24,000 nucleotides of DNA from an uncultured Alphaproteobacteria bacterium. Lineage in GTDB: Bacteria; Pseudomonadota; Alphaproteobacteria; ATCC43930; CGMCC-115725. The DNA lies in assembly GCA_963702925.1 (NCBI GenBank), contig OY969771.1, forward strand, positions 2,080,715 to 2,104,714, given 5' to 3'. The notes under the pieces are model-generated. The model was not told where the DNA came from. It did no database searches and saw only the letters and a program-made list of their open reading frames with translations. Both the position numbers and the translations under genes were made by a program. Positions 20,705 through 24,000 of this stretch are shown piece by piece. Positions within the stretch are counted from its first letter, which is position 1, and every line of letters starts with the position of its first letter.

Positions 20705-22854
20705 TGATTAGCGGGATAGCAGCAGTTCCGTTTCTCCAGTGGCCTGCCGGCCTCAGCGAAGCCTGGAGCATGCTGCCGCAGAGCGTTCGGCAGCGCCGAT
20801 CGGAGCTCGAGCGGTTCCTGGGGTATCGCGCGAAGATCGAAGGCGCCGCGGCTCTCGCCGAGGTGCCGCCTCAGGGATCGATCGACGGATACATCGCCGC
20901 AATGGACGCGCTTCCTCGCAAGAAAGCCGAGCAGGCGCGCCGACGCCTCCGCAACGCGCTCGACGCGCTTTATCCCGGGCGCTTCCGCTGGCGGCTTCGA
21001 CAACGCCCGCGCGTTCCCTGGCCGGCACCATTCCAACAAGCCTTCGATGAGAAAGTGCAAAAGAGCCGAACGATCGGCCAGTCGGTTTCGAAGTTCGTGG
21101 AGTTCCTGAGTGAGAAAGGCGAGGTCGAGAGCCTCGCCGCCTGTCCCGGTCGAGAGCTCGTTCGGGCTTTCGTCGCGCGGCTGGAAGACACCATGACCTC
21201 CGGTTCGGCGACGACCTACCGCCTGGCGTTGCGCGAGGCCCTGGCCGCGATCTTTCCACAGGCCGATTGGGAGTGGCTTCGCAATAAGAAGCAATGGGCC
21301 CTTCCCTTCGATGCGTGGCCCGCCAGCCTGCGCGAGAAATGGGTCGCGAGCGGCATTGCCTCCAAGAGCGCGCAAAGCGCGCTCGGCCGGCTCCTCGCAC
21401 ACTGGAGCGAGTTCAGCGCCGGGCTCGACGAGCCGCCAACGAGGTCGATCATCGACGGATTCGTCGAGCGGATCCGATCAATCGCGTCCGGGAAAAATGT
21501 GGATCACATCATCAGTGATCTCTTCTACGCACTAGCCGCGGTCTATCCGACCAAAGCACGTTGGCGCTGGCTGCGCCGAAGATACGGTGCCGTTCCGGCT
21601 CGCCGGCACCATGCTGGCCGTCCGATGGTCCTTTCGCTGCCGAAGGAGGCGTGGCCCGAAGGACACCTCGATCGCCTCATGGCACCCAGCGCTCTCACGA
21701 CCGCCGAAGCGTTGATAGCGCTTCTGCGGCCGAAGCGAGCTGACATGACTGGAGATCGGTCGAACGCGACCAACGCGGAAACGGGCGCGGGGCGATGCTG
21801 GCGGCCGTCGACGCGCGACAATGTTTGCTGCGCTTACGGGCTCTATCTCGGGACCGCCGTTCGAGCGGGGCTGCCCTCAAGCATCACGCCGGAGGGGCTC
21901 TACGCGTTCGTCGCGGAATGCGAAGCGCGCGGATCCCTGCTCTCAACGATTCTGAGCCGCTGTATGGGTCTCTACATGGTGGCGCTCGCGATCGCGCCGG
22001 AAAGCGACTGGAGCTGGCTCAGCGCGATCTGTCGGCGCTACGCCGATCTTCTGAGAGCCTGGACGCAAGATCCCGCGTTGGTTCACCGAACGCCAGCGCG
22101 CAAATACGGGATCGTGGTCAGCGCCGCAGAGATCTCGCTGCTCGGCGCCACGCACATCGCGGACGCCGGAAATTGCGAGAGCGATCTTGCCGCGGCGATT
22201 CTCTTTCGGGACGGGCTCATCCTGCGCCTGCTCGCTTCGGCACCGATGAGAGTTGGCACGCTGGCGACGACGGACATCGGCGGTCACCTCCGCGTTGATG
22301 GCGAAGAGGTTGTCGTCACCTTCTCGTGGGAAGAGACGAAAGAAAAGCGGGCGGAGATCTGGCCTCTCGAGCCGGAGCTCGCTGCCCTCATCCGCATGTG
22401 GATCGAGGTTTACCGGCCTCGGCTGACCGCGGAGGGCGAAAAGGCACTTTGGGTGGGACTGGCCGGCACGCGGCTCTCCGCTAAGACGATTTCGAGATCG
22501 ATCGCTGCGCTGACTGAAAAAAAGCTGCACATGAGAATTCCGGCGCACCGGATCCGCGATTGCGTCGCCAGCACGATCGCCGAGCGAGCGCCCGACAAGA
22601 CGAATATCTCTCGCTACATTCTGAAACATGGCAGCGATGGCGTGACGCGCATCTATGATAGCCATGCGGAGCTCGTTCAAGCCTCGCGGCGGTTCCGCGC
22701 CGCAACAAGGGCTTTCATCGAGGATGTTCGTCGGCAACTGGTCGCCTCGGGGCGGTGCCAACCCCGAGTGCGAACGATCGGAGATCTGCACGAGCCGGTG
22801 AAGCGGCCGCGCCGCCGTCGCGGCGAGATGCCGCCTGCGGCACCCGAGCGGTAA
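20704..22854 (+). CDS. Large (about 716 aa) tyrosine recombinase, paralogue of the upstream gene, with four tandem SAM-like N-terminal modules
   Basis: The ATG at 20704 overlaps the upstream stop (TGATG); GTG 20701 is an alternative start. The catalytic domain has APMRVGTLA (Arg), MWIEVYRPRL, IPAHRIRDCVAS (HxxR) and ILKHGSDGVTRIYDS (His/Tyr). The N-terminus shows repeated ...A(L)xA(I/V/L)(Y/F/A)P...WxW(L/R)... modules. Confidence 0.8.
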   Translation: MISGIAAVPFLQWPAGLSEAWSMLPQSVRQRRSELERFLGYRAKIEGAAALAEVPPQGSIDGYIAAMDALPRKKAEQARRRLRNALDALYPGRFRWRLRQRPRVPWPAPFQQAFDEKVQKSRTIGQSVSKFVEFLSEKGEVESLAACPGRELVRAFVARLEDTMTSGSATTYRLALREALAAIFPQADWEWLRNKKQWALPFDAWPASLREKWVASGIASKSAQSALGRLLAHWSEFSAGLDEPPTRSIIDGFVERIRSIASGKNVDHIISDLFYALAAVYPTKARWRWLRRRYGAVPARRHHAGRPMVLSLPKEAWPEGHLDRLMAPSALTTAEALIALLRPKRADMTGDRSNATNAETGAGRCWRPSTRDNVCCAYGLYLGTAVRAGLPSSITPEGLYAFVAECEARGSLLSTILSRCMGLYMVALAIAPESDWSWLSAICRRYADLLRAWTQDPALVHRTPARKYGIVVSAAEISLLGATHIADAGNCESDLAAAILFRDGLILRLLASAPMRVGTLATTDIGGHLRVDGEEVVVTFSWEETKEKRAEIWPLEPELAALIRMWIEVYRPRLTAEGEKALWVGLAGTRLSAKTISRSIAALTEKKLHMRIPAHRIRDCVASTIAERAPDKTNISRYILKHGSDGVTRIYDSHAELVQASRRFRAATRAFIEDVRRQLVASGRCQPRVRTIGDLHEPVKRPRRRRGEMPPAAPER

Positions 22855-23156
22855 GTTGTGACCGGTTTGCGCGGGCAAGAGAACCTGAAATCGAGAACGC
22901 CGCGCCGCGCTTGCGGAATTGCCGCCCTTTCAATCTTTTGTCCGCAATGGCTCGAAAATGGGCGGCTGCGGAATAAAAGCCAAATCCTCAATAGCTTGCG
23001 GCCCTTTTGGCCGCACGCCAGAATTCCGAGATCCGTTCGGCCATCACCCCATGCGGCTGGCGCGAGAGCGTTTTCCCGAAACGCTGTAAGCCATTGACGT
23101 GACATGACCTGCGCCGACAAGGCCGGTGCCGGGCGAGAACGGCGCCGCCAAGCGGC

Positions 23157-23795
23157 TCAGAGCGCGGCGCGGTCTTTTGCCGCGTCGCTTAATTCGCGGC
23201 GCAGACGCGCCCGGCAATGCCCGGTGAGAAACTTCGACTGCACGCAATCCGCCGCGGCGCGGATCGCCTGCTCGAGCGACGCGACCGTCGCTTCATGCGA
23301 GGTCGTCCCGTCGTCGGCATACCAGAAGAATGTGCCGCCATAGGACAGGACCGCGGCGAGAGAGACCGGCGCGCCGCCGGGCGCCAGCGGCAGCGCCAAT
23401 TCCAGCGCGAGGTAAAAGGGCCGATCGCGGTTCACCCGCCACCACCGCGGCAAAGAATCATCTTGATCCCGGAAGAGCGGGATCATCTCGAGGGTCACGT
23501 CGGGCTCAGCCGGCAGCGGCGGCCACGCCCCGGCGACCGGCCCATGGCGCCGGACCGCCATGGCGTCCTCGGCCGCGCGCAAAGCCGCATCGCGCGTTGC
23601 GGCATAGCCGCCGTCGCGCCTTTCAATCCGACGACCGTCGCTCGCAAAGGCGCTGGCGAGAGTCCAACCGACGCCGAGACGAGCCCGTTCGAGCGCGACG
23701 CTGAATTGATAAAGCGCCCGGGTCTCCGGAACGCGGACGGACCCCGCTTGCACGACCTCTTCGCTGAAAAGCGGCTCTGGCCGATCCTTGCTCAT
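23157..23795 (-). CDS. Hypothetical protein, about 212 aa
   Basis: The ORF extends to 23930, but the ATG at 23795 has GGGAGA about 8 nt upstream, and the region further upstream is R-rich. The body looks protein-like (PLFRDQDDSLPRWWRVNRDRPFYLALELA...FFWYADDGTTSHEATVASLEQAIRAAADCV). No family recognised. Confidence 0.5.
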   Translation of the reverse strand: MSKDRPEPLFSEEVVQAGSVRVPETRALYQFSVALERARLGVGWTLASAFASDGRRIERRDGGYAATRDAALRAAEDAMAVRRHGPVAGAWPPLPAEPDVTLEMIPLFRDQDDSLPRWWRVNRDRPFYLALELALPLAPGGAPVSLAAVLSYGGTFFWYADDGTTSHEATVASLEQAIRAAADCVQSKFLTGHCRARLRRELSDAAKDRAAL

Positions 23796-24000
23796 GACAC
23801 GATCTCCCATGCAGTAAGCCTGCGAGGATATGGTGGCGCGCTTGTACGCTGGCGCGGATGGCAGGGCGAAGCCGCGCAGGCGTTTCGCTCGGCGTCGGCT
23901 CCGAGTGGGAGCGGCGCCCAGCCACGGCAAGCCGAGGCCGGTCTCCGCAACGCATCGATTTTCATTTTGGCTTTCGGCGAAACGGCATCATATCGTCCAG

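Larger units (their letters stand above)
17908..22854 (+). mobile_element. Recombination module (HTH plus two tandem tyrosine recombinases) of an unclassified integrative or transposable element; boundaries not determined
   Basis: The three genes are co-directional and the two recombinase genes are translationally coupled. A phased repeat array lies upstream at 17333-17429. The arrangement is reminiscent of multi-recombinase elements (Tn554-like, recombinase-in-trio), but it has two very large recombinases. Confidence 0.5.

Noticed and set aside
18533-22878. Minus-strand ORFs of 240-310 aa (18533-19435, 19601-20365, 20674-21402, 21943-22878), antisense to the two recombinases.
   Set aside because: They are shadow ORFs with biased composition, and the recombinase catalytic boxes are on the plus strand.
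22855-23156. Small hairpins (22997-23015 TGCGGCC...GGCCGCA; 23067-23085 AGCGTTT...AAACGCT) and a 79-aa ORF in the spacer after the second recombinase. This was considered as the right end of the element, and the hairpins as terminators.
   Set aside because: No U-tracts follow the stems. The region shares no repeat with the 17333-17429 array that I could find by eye, and the ORF is not convincing. The boundary is left undetermined.
1-24000. CRISPR arrays, rRNA or tRNA genes, and IS elements with terminal inverted repeats.
   Set aside because: Reading both strands, I saw no regularly spaced repeat-spacer structure, no rRNA- or tRNA-like conserved blocks and no transposase-like ORF.

Overview
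This is a high-G+C window (about two-thirds G+C by eye, not computed), in the style of an alphaproteobacterial or Rhizobiales genome, though the taxon cannot be proven from the sequence. It reads as an accessory region mixing defence and mobile-element genes, not core genome. All function calls rest on motifs I recognised in the supplied translations; no database search was possible.

Layout, left to right:
1. 17-7534 (+): seven co-directional, mostly overlapping genes. An ECF-like sigma factor, an XRE-like protein and a 1122-aa fusion (ImmA/IrrE M78 peptidase + UvrD-type SF1 helicase + Cas4/AddB-like Fe-S PD-(D/E)xK nuclease) come first. After a 95-nt gap there is a complete ubiquitin-like conjugation cassette in the order tandem beta-grasp Ubl ending in Gly, E2-like, JAB/JAMM, E1/ThiF-like. 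This matches the Bil (bacterial ISG15-like) architecture.
2. 7601-9487 (-): two uncharacterised genes (178 aa, then 437 aa).
3. 9547-11195 (-): an AbiEi/AbiEii type IV toxin-antitoxin pair. Two related palindromes and a likely leaderless promoter sit upstream.
4. 11500-13480: a tyrosine integrase carrying a Cys4 insertion, a small HTH ORF that overlaps it, and a doubly frameshifted 3-prime remnant of a second integrase.
5. 13563-14761: a hypothetical gene, then about 665 bp of non-coding DNA packed with GGCACC/GGTGCC palindromes, a C11 tract and an 11-bp tandem duplication.
6. 14762-17005: a divergent dcm-like m5C methyltransferase and vsr, with no recognisable restriction enzyme.
7. 17333-22854: a helically phased direct-repeat array, an excisionase-type HTH gene and two paralogous tyrosine recombinases of about 720-735 aa. 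At least the second has multiple N-terminal SAM-like repeats.
8. 23157-23795 (-): a hypothetical gene.

The most promising candidates for something undescribed are the sigma/XRE/ImmA-helicase-nuclease triad (alone or coupled to the Bil-like cassette), the orphan two-gene module between the Bil-like cassette and AbiE, and the twin giant recombinase element. No rRNA, tRNA or CRISPR array was seen.
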